Assembly: GCF_009914755.1 (NCBI RefSeq)
Contig: NC_060926.1
Direction: 5' to 3' (one strand)
DNA from: the human T2T-CHM13v2.0 reference genome, Homo sapiens
DNA length: 64,000 bases
The translations under genes and the position numbers were made by a program. Shown here piece after piece: positions 40,201-53,500 of this stretch (the stretch's first letter is position 1; each line of letters starts with the position of its first letter). Under the pieces are notes generated by a model. That model was not told where the DNA came from. It was given only the letters and a program-made list of their open reading frames with translations, and ran no database searches.

Positions 40201-43200
40201 GGATTGCGTTGGAAACGGTATTACATATAAAAAGCAGACAGCAGCATTCCCAGAAACTTCTTTGTGATATTTGCATTGAAGTCACAGACTTGAACATTCC
40301 GTTTCATAGAGCAGGTTTGAAACACTCTTTTTGTAGTATCTGGATGAGGACATTTGGAGCGCTTTCAGTCCTATGGTGAAAAAGGAAATATCTTCCCCTG
40401 AAAACTAGACAGAAGCATTCTCAGAAACTTATTTGTGATGTGCGCCCTCAACTAACAGTGTTGATCCTTTCTTTTGATAGAGCAGTTTTGATACACTCTT
40501 TTTGTAAAATCCGCAAGAGGATATTTGGATAGCTTTGAGGATTTCATTGGAAACGGGATTGTCTTCATATAGAATCTAGACAGAATCATTCTCAGAAGCT
40601 TCATTGGGATGTTTCAATTGAAGTCACAGTGTTGAACAGTCCCTTTCATAGAGCAGGTTTGAAACACTCTTTTTGTAATATCTGGAAGTGGACATTTGGA
40701 GCGTTCTCAGGACTATGGTGAAAAAGGAAATATCTTCCAATAAAAGCTAGATAGAAGCAATGTCAGAAACTTTTTCATGATGTATCTACTCAGCTAACAG
40801 AGTTGAACCTTTCTTTTGAGAGAGCCGTTTTGAAACACTCTTTTTGTGGAATCTGCAAGTGGATATTTGTCTAGCTTTGAGGATTTCGTTGGAAACGGGA
40901 TTACATATAAAAAGCAGACAGCAGCATTCCCAGAAACTTCTTTGTGATGTTGGCATTCAAGTCACAGAGTTGAACATTCCCTTTCATAGAGCAGGTTTGA
41001 AACACTCTTTTTGTAGTATCTGGATGTGGACATTTGGAGCGCTTTCAGGCCTATGGTGAAAAAGGAAATATCTTCCCCTGAAAACTAGACAGAAGCATTC
41101 TCAGAAACTTATTTGTGATGTGCGCCCTCAACTAACAGTGTTAAACCTTTCTTTTGATAGAGTAGTTTTGAAACACTCTTTGTAAAATCTGCAAGAGGAT
41201 ATTTGGATAGCTTTGAGGATTTCTTTGGAAACGGGATTGTCTTCATATAAAATCTAGACAGAAGCATTCTCAGAAGCTTCATTGGGATGTTTCAATTGAA
41301 GTCACAGTGTTGAACAGTCCCTTTCATAGATCATGTTTGAAACACTCTTTTTGTAGTATCTGGAAGTTGACATTTGGAGCGTTTTCAGGACTACGGTGAA
41401 AAAGGAAATATCTTCCAAATAAAGCTAGATAGAAGCAATGTCAGAAAATTTTTCATGATGTATCTACTCAGCTAACAGAATTTAACCTTTCTTTTGAGAG
41501 AGCAGTTTTGAAACACTCTTTTTGTGGAATCTGCAAGTGGATATTTGTCTAGGTTTGAGGATTTCGTTGGAAACGGGATTACATATAAAAAGCAGACAGC
41601 AGCATTCCCAGAAACTTCTTTGTGATATTTGCATTCAAGTCACAGAGTTGAACATTCCCTTTCATAGAGCAGGTTTGAAACACTCTTTTTGTAGTATCTG
41701 GATGTGGACATTTGGAGCGCTTTCAGGCCTATGGTGAAAAAGGAAATATCTTCCCCTGAAAACTAGACAGAAGCATTCTCAGAAACTTATTTGTGATGTG
41801 CACCCTCAACTAACAGTGTTGAAGCTTTCTTTTGACAGAGCTGTTTGAAACACTCTTTTTGTAAAATCTGCAAGAGGATATTTGGATTGCTTTGAGGATT
41901 TCGGTGGAAATGGGATTGTCTTCATATAAACTCTAGACAGTAGCATTCTCAGAAGCTTCATTGGGATGTTTCAATTGAAGTCACAGTGTTGAACAGTCCC
42001 TTTCATAGAGCAGGTTTGAAACACTCTTTTTGTAGTATCTGGAAGTGGACATTTGGAGCGCTCTCAGGACTACGGTGAAAAAGGAAATATCTTCCAATAA
42101 AAGCTAGATAGAAGCAATGTCAGAAACTTTTTCATGATGTATCTACTCAGCTAACAGAGTTGAAACTTTTTTTTGAGAGAGCAGTTTTGAAACACTCTTT
42201 TTGTTCGATCTGCAGGTGGATATTTGTCTAGGTTTGAGGATTTCGTTGGAAACGGGATTACATATAAAAAGCAGACAGCAGCATTCCCAGAAACTTCTTT
42301 GTGATGTTTGCATTCACGTCACAGAGTTGAACATTCCCTTTCATAGAGCAGGTTTGAAACACTCTTTTTGTAGTATCTGGATGTGGACATTTGGAGCGCT
42401 CTCAGGCCTATGGTGAAAAAGGAAATATCTTCCCCTGCAAACTAGACAGAAGCATTCTCAGAAACTTATTTGTGATGTGCGCCCTGAACTAACAATGTTG
42501 AACCTTTCTGTTGATAGAGTAGTTTTGAAACACTCTTTTTGTAAAATCTGCAAGAGGATATTTGGATAGCTTTGAGGATTTCGTTGGAAACGGGATTGTC
42601 TTCATATTAACCCTAGACAGTAGCATTCTCAGAAGGTTCATTGGGATGTTTCAATTGAAGTCACAGTGTTGAACAGTCACTTTCATAGAGCAGGTTTGAA
42701 ACACTCTTTTTGTAGCATCTGGAAGTGGACATTTGGAGCGCTCTCAGGACTACGGTGAAAAAGGAAATATCTTCCGATAAAAGCTAGATAGAAGCAATGT
42801 CAGAAACTTTTTCATGATGTATCTACTCAGCTAAAAGAGTTGAACCTTTCTTTTGTGAGAGCAGTTTTGAAACACTATTTTTGTGGAACCTGCAAGTGGA
42901 TATTTGTCTAGCTTTGAGGATTTCGTTGGAAACGGGATTACATATAAAAAGCAGACAGCAGCATTCCCAGAAACTTCTTTGTGAAATTTGCATTCAAGTC
43001 ACAGACTTGAACATTCCCTTTCATAGAGCAGGTTTGAAACACTCTTTTTGTAGTATCTGGATGTGGACGTTTGGAGCGCTTTCAGGCCTATGGTGATAAA
43101 GGAAATATCTTCCCCTGAAAACTATACAGAAGCATTCTCAGAAACTTATTTGTGATGTGCGCCCTCAACTAACAGTGTTGAACCTTTCTTTTGATAGAGC

Positions 43201-44040
43201 AGTTTTGAAACACTCTTTTTGTAAAATCTGCAAGAGGATATTTGGTTAGCTTTGAGGATTTCGTTGGAAACGGGATTGTCTTCATATAGAATCTAGACAG
43301 AAGCATTCTCAGAAGCTTCATTCGGATGTTTCAATTGAAGTCACAGTGTTGAACAGTCCCTTTCATAGAGCATGTTTGAAACAATCTTTTTGTAGCATCT
43401 GGAAGTGGACATTTGGAGCGCTCTCAGGACTACAGTGAAAAAGGAAATATCTTCCAATAAAAGCTAGATAGAAGCAATGTCAGAAAATTTTTCATGATGT
43501 ATCTACTCAGCTAACAGAGTTGAACCTTTCTTTGGAGAGAGTAGTTTTGAAACACTCTTTTTGTGGAATCTGCAAGTGGATATTTGTCTAGTTTTGAGGA
43601 TTGCGTTGGAAACGGTATTACATATAAAAAGCAGACAGCAGCATTCCCAGAAACTTCTTTGTGATATTTGCATTGAAGTCACAGACTTGAACATTCCGTT
43701 TCATAGAGCAGGTTTGAAAAACTCTTTTTGTAGTATCTGGATGTGGACATTTGGAGCGCTTTCAGGCCTATGGTGAAAAAGGAAATATCTTCCCCTGAAA
43801 ACTAGACAGAAGCATTCTCAGAAACTTATTTGTGATGGGCGCCCTCAACAAACAGTGTTGAACCTTTCTTTTGATAGAGCAGTTTTGATACACTCTTTTT
43901 GAAAAATCCGCAAGAGGATATTTGGATAGCTTTGAGGATTTCGTTGGAAACGGGATTGTCTTCATATAGAATCTAGACAGAATCATTCTCAGAAGCTTCA
44001 TTGGGATGTTTCAATTGAAGTCACAGTGTTGAACAGTCCC
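37250..44040 (+). repeat. Tandem duplication of a 3397-bp 20-mer (5 HORs)
   Basis: ORF pairs 38125/41522, 38804/42201, 39484/42881 and 40164/43561 are offset by 3397. Both copies share the 2-bp deletion ctctttgtaaaatc (~37780, ~41177). Confidence 0.88.
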
Positions 44041-46361
44041 TTTCATAGAGCAGATTTGAAACACTCTTTTTGTAGTATCTGGAAGTGGACATTTGGAGCG
44101 TTCTCAGGACTACAATGAAAAAGGAAATATCTTCCAATAAAAGCTAGATAGAAGCAATGTCAGAAAATTTTTCATGATGTATCTACTCAGCTAACAGGGT
44201 TGAACCTTTCTTTTGAGAGAGCAGTTTTGAAACACTCTTTTTGTGGAATCTGCAAGTGGATATTTGTCTAGCTTTGAGGATTGCGTTGGAAACGGGATTA
44301 CATATAAAAAGCAGACAGCAGCATTCCCAGAAACTTCTTTGTGATACTTGCATTCAAGTCACAGACTTGAACATTCCCTTCCATAGAGCGGGTTTGAAAC
44401 ACTCTTTTTGTAGTATCTGGATGTGGACATTTGGAGCGCTTTCAGGCCTATGGTGAAAAAGGAAATATCTTCCCCTGAAAACTAGACAGTAGCATTCTCA
44501 GAAACTTATTTGTGATGTGCGCCCTCAACTAACAGTGTTAAACCTTTCTTTTGATAGAGTAGTTTTGAAACACTCTTTTTGTAAAATCTGCAAGAGGATA
44601 TTTGGATAGCTTTGAGGATTTCGTTGGAAACGGGATTGTCTTCATATAAACTCTAGACAGTAGCATTCTCAGAAGCTTCATTGGGATGTTTCAACTGAAG
44701 TCACAGTGTTGAACAGTCCCTTTCATAGAGCAGGTTTGAAACACTCTTTTTGTAGTATCTGGAAGTGGACATTTGGAGCGCTCTCAGGACTACGGTGAAA
44801 AAGGAAATATCTTCCAATAAAAGCTAGATAGAAGCAATGTCAGAAACTTTTTCATGATGTATCTACTCAGCTAACAGAGTTGAACCTTTCTTTTGAGAGA
44901 GCAGTTTTGAAACACTCTTTTTGTGGAATCTGCAAGTGGATATTTGTCTAGCTTTGAGGATTTCGTTGGAAACGGGATTACATATAAAAAGCAGACAGCA
45001 GCATTCCCAGAAACTTCTTTGTGATGTTTGCATTCAAGTCACAGAGTTGAACATTCCCTTTCATAGAGCAGGTTTGAAACACTCTTTTTGTAGTATCTGG
45101 ATGTGGACATTTGGAGCGCTTTCAGGCCTATGGTGAAAAAGGAAATATTTTCCACTGAAAACTGGACAGAAGGAGTCTCAGAAACTTATTTGTGATGTGC
45201 GCCCTCAACTAACAGTGTTGAAGCTTTCTTTTGATAGAGCAGTTTTGAAACATTCTTTTTGTAAAATCTGCAAGAGGATATTTGGATAGCTTTGAGGATT
45301 TCGTTGGAAACGGGATTGTCTTCATATTAACCCTAGACAGTAGCATTCTCAGAAGCTTCATTGGGATGTTTCAATTGAAGTCACAGTGTTGAACAGTCCC
45401 TTTCATAGAGCAGGTTTGAAACACTTTTTTTGTAGCATCTGGAAGTGGACATTTGGAGCGTTCTCAGGACTACGGTGAAAAAGGAAATATCTTCCAATAA
45501 AAGCTAGATAGAAGCAATGTCAGAAACTTTTTCATGATGTATCTACTCAGCTAAAAGAGTTGAACCTTTCTTTTGCGAGAGCAGTTTTGAAACACTCTTT
45601 TTGTGGAATCTGCAAGTGGATATTTGTCTAGCTTTGAGGATTTCGTTGGAAACGGGATTACATATAAAAAGCAGACAGCAGCATTCCCAGAAACTTCTTT
45701 GTGAAATTTGCATTGAAGTCACAGACTTGAACATTCCCTTTCATAGAGCAGGTTTGAAACACTCTTTTTGTAGTATCTGGATGTGGACATTTGGAGCGCT
45801 TTCAGGCCTATGGTGAAAAAGGAAATATCTTCTCCTGAAAACTAGACAGAAGCATTCTCAGAATCTTATTTGTGATGTGCGCCCTCAACTAACAGTGTTG
45901 AAGCTTTCTTTTGATAGAGCAGTTTTGAAACACTCTTTTCGTAAAATCTGCAAGAGGATATTTTGATAGCTTTGAGGATTTCGTTGGAAACGGGATTGTC
46001 TTCATATAAACTCTAGACAGAAGCATTCTCAGAAGCTTCATTGGGATGTTTCAATTGAAGTCACAGTGTTGAACAGTCCCTTTCATAGAGCAGGTTTGAA
46101 ACACTCTTTTTGTAGTATCTGGAAGTGGACATTTGGAGAGATCTCAGGAATACGGTGATAAAGGAAATATCTTCCAATAAAAGCTAGATAGAAGCAATGT
46201 CAGAAACTTTTTCATGATGTATCTACTCAGCTAACAGAGTTGAAACTTTCTTTTGAGAGAGCAGTTTTGAAACACTCTTTTTGTGGAATCTGCAAGTGGA
46301 TATTTGTCTAGCTTTGAGGATTTCGTTGGAAACGGGATTACATAGAAAAAGCAGACAGCAG

Positions 46362-46699
46362 CATTCCCAGTAACTTCTTTGTGATGTTTGCATTCAAGTC
46401 ACAGAGTTGAACATTCCCTTTCATAGAGCAGGTTTGAAACACTCTTTTTGTAGTATCTGGATGTGGACATTTGGAGCGCTTTCAGGCCTATGGTGAAAAA
46501 GGAAATATCTTCCAATAAAAGCTAGATAGAAGCAATGTCAGAAACTTTTTCATGATGTATCTACTCAGCTAACAGAGTTGAACCTTTCTTTTGAGAGAGC
46601 AGTTTTGAAACACTCTTTTTGTGGAATCTGGAAGTGGATATTTGTCTAGCTTTGAGGATTTCGTTGGAAACGGGATTACATATAAAAAGCAGACAGCAG
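46362..46699 (+). repeat. 2-mer variant m1/3-m4 (338 bp)
   Basis: m1 runs through ggcctatggtgaaaaaggaaatatcttcc and then takes the m3 tail aataaaagctagatagaag. Confidence 0.9.
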
Positions 46700-47599
46700 C
46701 ATTCCCAGTAACTTCTTTGTGATGTTTGCATTCAAGTCACAGAGTTGAACATTCCCTTTCATAGAGCAGGTTTGAAACACTCTTTTTGTAGTATCTGGAT
46801 GTGGACATTTGGAGCGCTTTCAGGCCTATGGTGAAAAAGGAAATATCTTCCCCTGAAAACTAGACAGAAGCATTCTCAGAAACTTATTTGTGATGTGCAC
46901 CCTCAACTAACAGTGTTGAAGCTTTCTTTTGACAGAGCTGTTTGAAACACTCTTTTTGTAAAATCTGCAAGAGGATATTTGGATTGCTTTGAGGATTTCG
47001 GTGGAAATGGGATTGTCTTCATATAAACTCTAGACAGTAGCATTCTCAGAAGCTTCATTGGGATGTTTCAATTGAAGTCACAGTGTTGAACAGTCCCTTT
47101 CATAGAGCAGGTTTGAAACACTCTTTTTGTAGTATCTGGAAGTGGACATTTGGAGCGCTCTCAGGAGTACGGTGAAAAAGGAAATATCTTCCAATAAAAG
47201 CTAGATAGAAGCAATGTCAGAAACTTTTTCATGATGTATCTACTCAACTAACAGAGTTGAACCTTTCTTTTGAGAGAGCAGTTTTGAAACACTGTTTTTG
47301 TGGAATCTGCAAGTGGATATTTGTCTAGCTTTGAGGATTTCGTTGGAAACGGGATTATATATAAAAAGCAGACAGCAGCATTCCCAGAAACTTCTTTGTG
47401 ATGTTTGCATTCAAGTCACAGAGTTGAACATTCCCTTTCATAGAGCAGGTTTGAAACACTCTTTTTGTAGTATCTGGATGTGGACATTTGGAGCGCTTTC
47501 AGGCCTATGGTGAAAAAGGAAATATCTTCCCCAGAAAACTAGACAGAAGCATTCTCAGAATCTTATTTGTGATGTGCGCCCTCAACTAACAGTGTTTAA

Positions 47600-50500
47600 C
47601 CTTTCTTTTGATAGAGCAGTTTTGAAACACTCTTTTTGTAATATCTGCAAGAGGATATTTGGATAGCTTTGAGGATTTCGTTGGAAACGGGATTGTCTTC
47701 ATATAAACTCTAGACAGAAGCATTCTCAGAAGCTTCATTGGGATGTTTCAATTGAAGTCACAGTGTTGAACAGTTCCTTTCATAGAACAGGTTTGAAACA
47801 CTCTTTTTGTAGTATCTGGAAGTGGACATTTGGAGCGCTCTCAGGACTTCGGTGAAAAAGGAAATATCTTCCAATAAAAGCTACATAGAAGCAATGTCAG
47901 AAACTTTTTCATGATGTATCTACTCAGCTAACAGAGTTGAACCTTTCCTTTGAGAGAGCAGTTTTGAAACACTCTTTTTGTGGAATCTGCAAGTGGATAT
48001 TTGTCTAGCTTTGAGGATTTCGTTGGAAACGGGATTACATATAAAAAGCAGACAGCAGCATTCCCAGTAACTTCTTTGTGATGTTTGCATTCAAGTCAGA
48101 GAGTTGAACATTCCCTTTCATAGAGCAGGTTTGAAAGACTCTTTTTGAAGTATCTGGATGTGGACATTTGGAGCGCTTTCAGGCCTATGGTGAAAAAGGA
48201 AATATCTTCCCCTGAAAACTAGACAGAAGCATTCTCAGAATCTTATTTGTCATGTGCGCCCTCAACTAACAGTGTTGAACCTTTCTTTTGATAGAGCAGT
48301 TTTGAAACACTCTTTTTGTAATATCTGCAAGAGGATATTTGGATAGCTTTGAGGATTTCGGTGGAAACGGGATTGTCTTCATATAAACTCTAGACAGAAG
48401 CATTCTCAGAAGCTTCATTGGGATGTTTCAATTGAAGTCACAGTGTTGAACAGTCCCTTTCATAGAGCAGGTTTGAAACACTCTTTTTGTAGTATCTGGA
48501 AGTGGACATTTGGAGCGCTCTCAGGACTACGGTGATAAAGGAAATATCTTCCAATAAAAGCTAGATAGAAGCAATGTCAGAAACTTTTTCATGATGTATC
48601 TACTCGGCTAACAGAGTTGAACCTTTCTTTTGAGAGAGCAGTTTTGAAACACTCTTTTTGTGGAATCTGCAAGTGGATATTTGTCTAGCTTTGAGGATTT
48701 CGTTGGAAACGGGATTACATATAAAAAGCAGACAGCAGCATTCCCAGAATCTTCTTTGTGATGTTTGCATTCAAGTCACAGAGTTGAACATTCCCTTTCA
48801 TAGTGCAGGTTTGAAACACTCTTTTTGTAGTATCTGGATGTGGACATTTGGAGCGCTTTCAGGCCTATGGTGAAAAAGGAAATATCTTCCCCTGAAAACT
48901 AGGCAGAAGCATTCTGAGAATCTTATTTGTGATGTGCGCCCTCAACTATCAGTGTTGAAGCTTTCTTTTGATAGAGCAGTTTTGAAACACTCTTTTTGTA
49001 AAATCTGCAAGAGGATATTTGGATAGCTTTGAGGATTTCGTTGGAAACGGGATTGTCTTCATATAAACTCTAGACAGAAGCATTCTCAGAAGCTTCATTG
49101 GGATGTTTCAATTAAAGTCACAGTGTTGAACAGTCCCTTTCATAGAGCAGGTTTGAAACACTCTTTTTGTAGTATCTGGAAGTGGACATTTGGAGCGCTC
49201 TCAGGACTGCGGTGAAAAAGGAAATATCTTCCAATAAAAGCTAGATAGAAGCAATGTCAGAAACTTTTTCATGATGTATCTACTCAGCTAACAGAGTTGA
49301 ACCTTCATTTGAGAGAGCAGTTTTGAAACACTCGTTTTGTGGAATCTGCAAGTGGATATTTGTCTAGCTTTGAGGATTTCGTTGGAAACGGGATTACATA
49401 TAAAAAGCAGACAGCAGCATTCCCAGAAACTTCTTTGTGATGTTTGCATTCAAGTCACAGAGTTGAACATTCCCTTTCATAGAGCAGGTTTGAAACACTC
49501 TTTTTGTAGTATCTGGATGTGGACATTTGCAGCGCTTTCAGGCCTAAGGTGAAAAAGGAAATATCTTCCCCTGAAAACTAGACAGAAGCATTCTCAGAAA
49601 CTTATTTGTGATGTGCGCCCTCAACTAACAGTGTTGAAGCTTTCTTTTGATAGAGCAGTTTTGAAACACTCTTTTTGTAATATCTGCAAGAGGATATTTG
49701 GATAGCTTTGAGGATTTCGTTGGAAACGGGATTGTCTTCATATAAACTCTAGACAGAAGCATTCTCAGAAGCTTCATTGGGATGTTTCAATTGAAGTCAC
49801 AGTGTTGAACAGTTCCTTTCATAGAACAGGTTTGAAACACTCTTTTTGTAGTATCTGGAAGTGGACATTTGGAGCGCTCTCAGGACTAAGGTGAAAAAGG
49901 AAATATCTTCCAATAAAAGCTACATAGAAGCAATGTCAGAAACTTTTTCATGATGTATCTACTCAGCTAACAGAGTTGAACCTTTCCTTTGAGAGAGCAG
50001 TTTTGAAACACTCTTTTTGTGGAATCTGCAAGTGGATATTTGTCTAGCTTTGAGGATTTCGTTGGAAACGGGATTACATATAAAAAGCAGACAGCAGCAT
50101 TCCCAGTAACTTCTTTGTGATGTTTGCATTCAAGTCAGAGAGTTGAACATTCCCTTTCATAGAGCAGGTTTGAAACACTCTTTTTGAAGTATCTGGATGT
50201 GGACATTTGGAGCGCTTTCAGGCCTATGGTGAAAAAGGAAATATCTTCCCCTGAAAACTAGACAGAAGCATTCTCAGAAACTTATTTGTGATGTGCGCCC
50301 TCAACTAACAGTGTTGAAGCTTTCTTTTGATAGAGCAGTTTTGAAACACTCTTTTTGTAATATCTGCAAGAGGATATTTGGATAGCTTTGAGGATTTCGT
50401 TGGAAACGGGATTGTCTTCATATAAACTCTAGACAGAAGCATTCTCAGAAGCTTCATTGGGATGTTTCAATTGAAGTCACAGTGTTGAACAGTCCCTTTC

Positions 50501-53500
50501 ATAGAGCAGGTTTGAAACACTCTTTTTGTAGTATCTGGAAGTGGACATTTGGAGCGCTCTCAGGACTACGGTGATAAAGGAAATATCTTCCAATAAAAGC
50601 TAGATAGAAGCAATGTCAGAAACTTTTTCATGATGTATCTACTCAGCTAACAGAGTTGAACCTTTCTTTTGAGAGAGCAGTTTTGAAACACTCTTTTTGT
50701 GCAATCTGCAAGTGGATATTTGTCTAGCTTTGAGGATTTCGTTGGAAACGGGATTACATATAAAAAGCAGACAGCAGCATTCCCAGAATCTTCTTTGTGA
50801 TGTTTGCATTCAAGTCACAGAGTTGAACATTCCCTTTCATAGAGCAGGTTTGAAACACTCTTTTTGTAGTATCTGGATGTGGACATTTGGAGCGCTTTCA
50901 GGCCTATGGTGAAAAAGGAAATATCTTCCCCTGAAAACTGGACAGAAGCATTCTCAGAATCTTATTTGTGATGTGCGCCCTCAACTAACAGTGTTGAAGC
51001 TTTCTTTTGATAGAGCAGTTTTGAAACACTCTTTTTGTAAAATCTGCAAGAGGATATTTGGATAGCTTTGAGGATTTCGTTGGAAACGGGATTGTCTTCA
51101 TATAAACTCTAGACAGAAGCATTCTCAGAAGCTTCATTGGGATGTTTCAATTAAAGTCACAGTGTTGAACAGTCCCTTTCATAGAGCAGGTTTGAAACAC
51201 TCTTTTTGTAGTATCTGGAAGTGGACATTTGGAGCGCTTTCAGGACTGCGGTGAAAAAGGAAATATCTTCCAATAAAAGCTAGATAGAAGCAATGTCAGA
51301 AACTTTTTCATGATGTATCTACTCAGCTAACAGAGTTGAACCTTCATTTGAGAGAGCAGTTTTGGAACACTCGTTTTGTGGAATCTGCAAGTGGATATTT
51401 GTCTAGCTTTGAGGATTTCGTTGGAAACGGGATTACATAGAAAAAGCAGACAGCAGCATTCCCAGAAACTTCTTTGTGATGTTTGCATTCAAGTCACAGA
51501 GTTGAACATTCCCTTTCATAGAGCAGGTTTGAAACACTCTTTTTGTAGTATCTGGATGTGGACTTTTGCAGCGCTTTCAGGCCTAAGGTGAAAAAGGAAA
51601 TATCTTCCCCTGAAAACTAGACAGAAGCATTCTCAGAAACTTATTTGTGATGTGCGCCCTCAACTAACAGTGTTGAAGCTTTCTTTTGATAGAGCAGTTT
51701 TGAAACACTCTTTTTGTAATATCTGCAAGAGGATATTTGGATAGCTTTGAGGATTTCGTTGGAAACGGGATTGTCTTCATATAAACTCTAGACAGAAGCA
51801 TTCTCAGAAGCTTCATTGGGATGTTTCAATTGAAGTCACAGTGTTGAACAGTTCCTTTCATAGAACAGGTTTGAAACACTCTTTTTGTAGTATCTGGAAG
51901 TGGACATTTGGAGCGCTCTCAGGACTAAGGTGAAAAAGGAAATATCTTCCAATAAAAGCTACATAGAAGCAATGTCAGAAACTTTTTCATGATGTATCTA
52001 CTCAGCTAACAGAGTTGAACCTTTCCTTTGAGAGAGCAGTTTTGAAACACTCTTTTTGTGGAATCTGCAAGTGGATATTTGTCTAGCTTTGAGGATTTCG
52101 TTGGAAACGGGATTACATATAAAAAGCAGACAGCAGCATTCCCAGTAACTTCTTTGTGATGTTTGCATTCAAGTCAGAGAGTTGAACATTCCCTTTCATA
52201 GAGCAGGTTTGAAACACTCTTTTTGAAGTATCTGGATGTGGACATTTGGAGCGCTTTCAGGCCTATGGTGAAAAAGGAAATATCTTCCCCTGAAAACTAG
52301 ACAGAAGCATTCTCAGAAACTTATTTGTGATGTGCGCCCTCAACTAACAGTGTTGAAGCTTTCTTTTGATAGAGCAGTTTTGAAACACTCTTTTTGTAAT
52401 ATCTGCAAGAGGATATTTGGATAGCTTTGAGGATTTCGTTGGAAACGGGATTGTCTTCATATAAACTCTAGACAGAAGCATTCTCAGAAGCTTCATTGGG
52501 ATGTTTCAATTGAAGTCACAGTGTTGAACAGTCCCTTTCATAGAGCAGGTTTGAAACACTCTTTTTGTAGTATCTGGAAGTGGACATTTGGAGCGCTCTC
52601 AGGACTACGGTGATAAAGGAAATATCTTCCAATAAAAGCTAGATAGAAGCAATGTCAGAAACTTTTTCATGATGTATCTACTCAGCTAACAGAGTTGAAC
52701 CTTTCTTTTGAGAGAGCAGTTTTGAAACACTCTTTTTGTGCAATCTGCAAGTGGATATTTGTCTAGCTTTGAGGATTTCGTTGGAAACGGGATTACATAT
52801 AAAAAGCAGACAGCAGCATTCCCAGAATCTTCTTTGTGATGTTTGCATTCAAGTCACAGAGTTGAACATTCCCTTTCATAGAGCAGGTTTGAAACACTCT
52901 TTTTGTAGTATCTGGATGTGGACATTTGGAGCGCTTTCAGGCCTATGGTGAAAAAGGAAATATCTTCCCCTGAAAACTGGACAGAAGCATTCTCAGAATC
53001 TTATTTGTGATGTGCGCCCTCAACTAACAGTGTTGAAGCTTTCTTTTGATAGAGCAGTTTTGAAACACTCTTTTTGTAAAATCTGCAAGAGGATATTTGG
53101 ATAGCTTTGAGGATTTCGTTGGAAACGGGATTGTCTTCATATAAACTCTAGACAGAAGCATTCTCAGAAGCTTCATTGGGATGTTTCAATTAAAGTCACA
53201 GTGTTGAACAGTCCCTTTCATAGAGCAGGTTTGAAACACTCTTTTTGTAGTATCTGGAAGTGGACATTTGGAGCGCTCTCAGGACTGCGGTGAAAAAGGA
53301 AATATCTTCCAATAAAAGCTAGATAGAAGCAATGTCAGAAACTTTTTCATGATGTATCTACTCAGCTAACAGAGTTGAACCTTCATTTGAGAGAGCAGTT
53401 TTGGAACACTCGTTTTGTGGAATCTGCAAGTGGATATTTGTCTAGCTTTGAGGATTTCGTTGGAAACGGGATTACATAGAAAAAGCAGACAGCAGCATTC

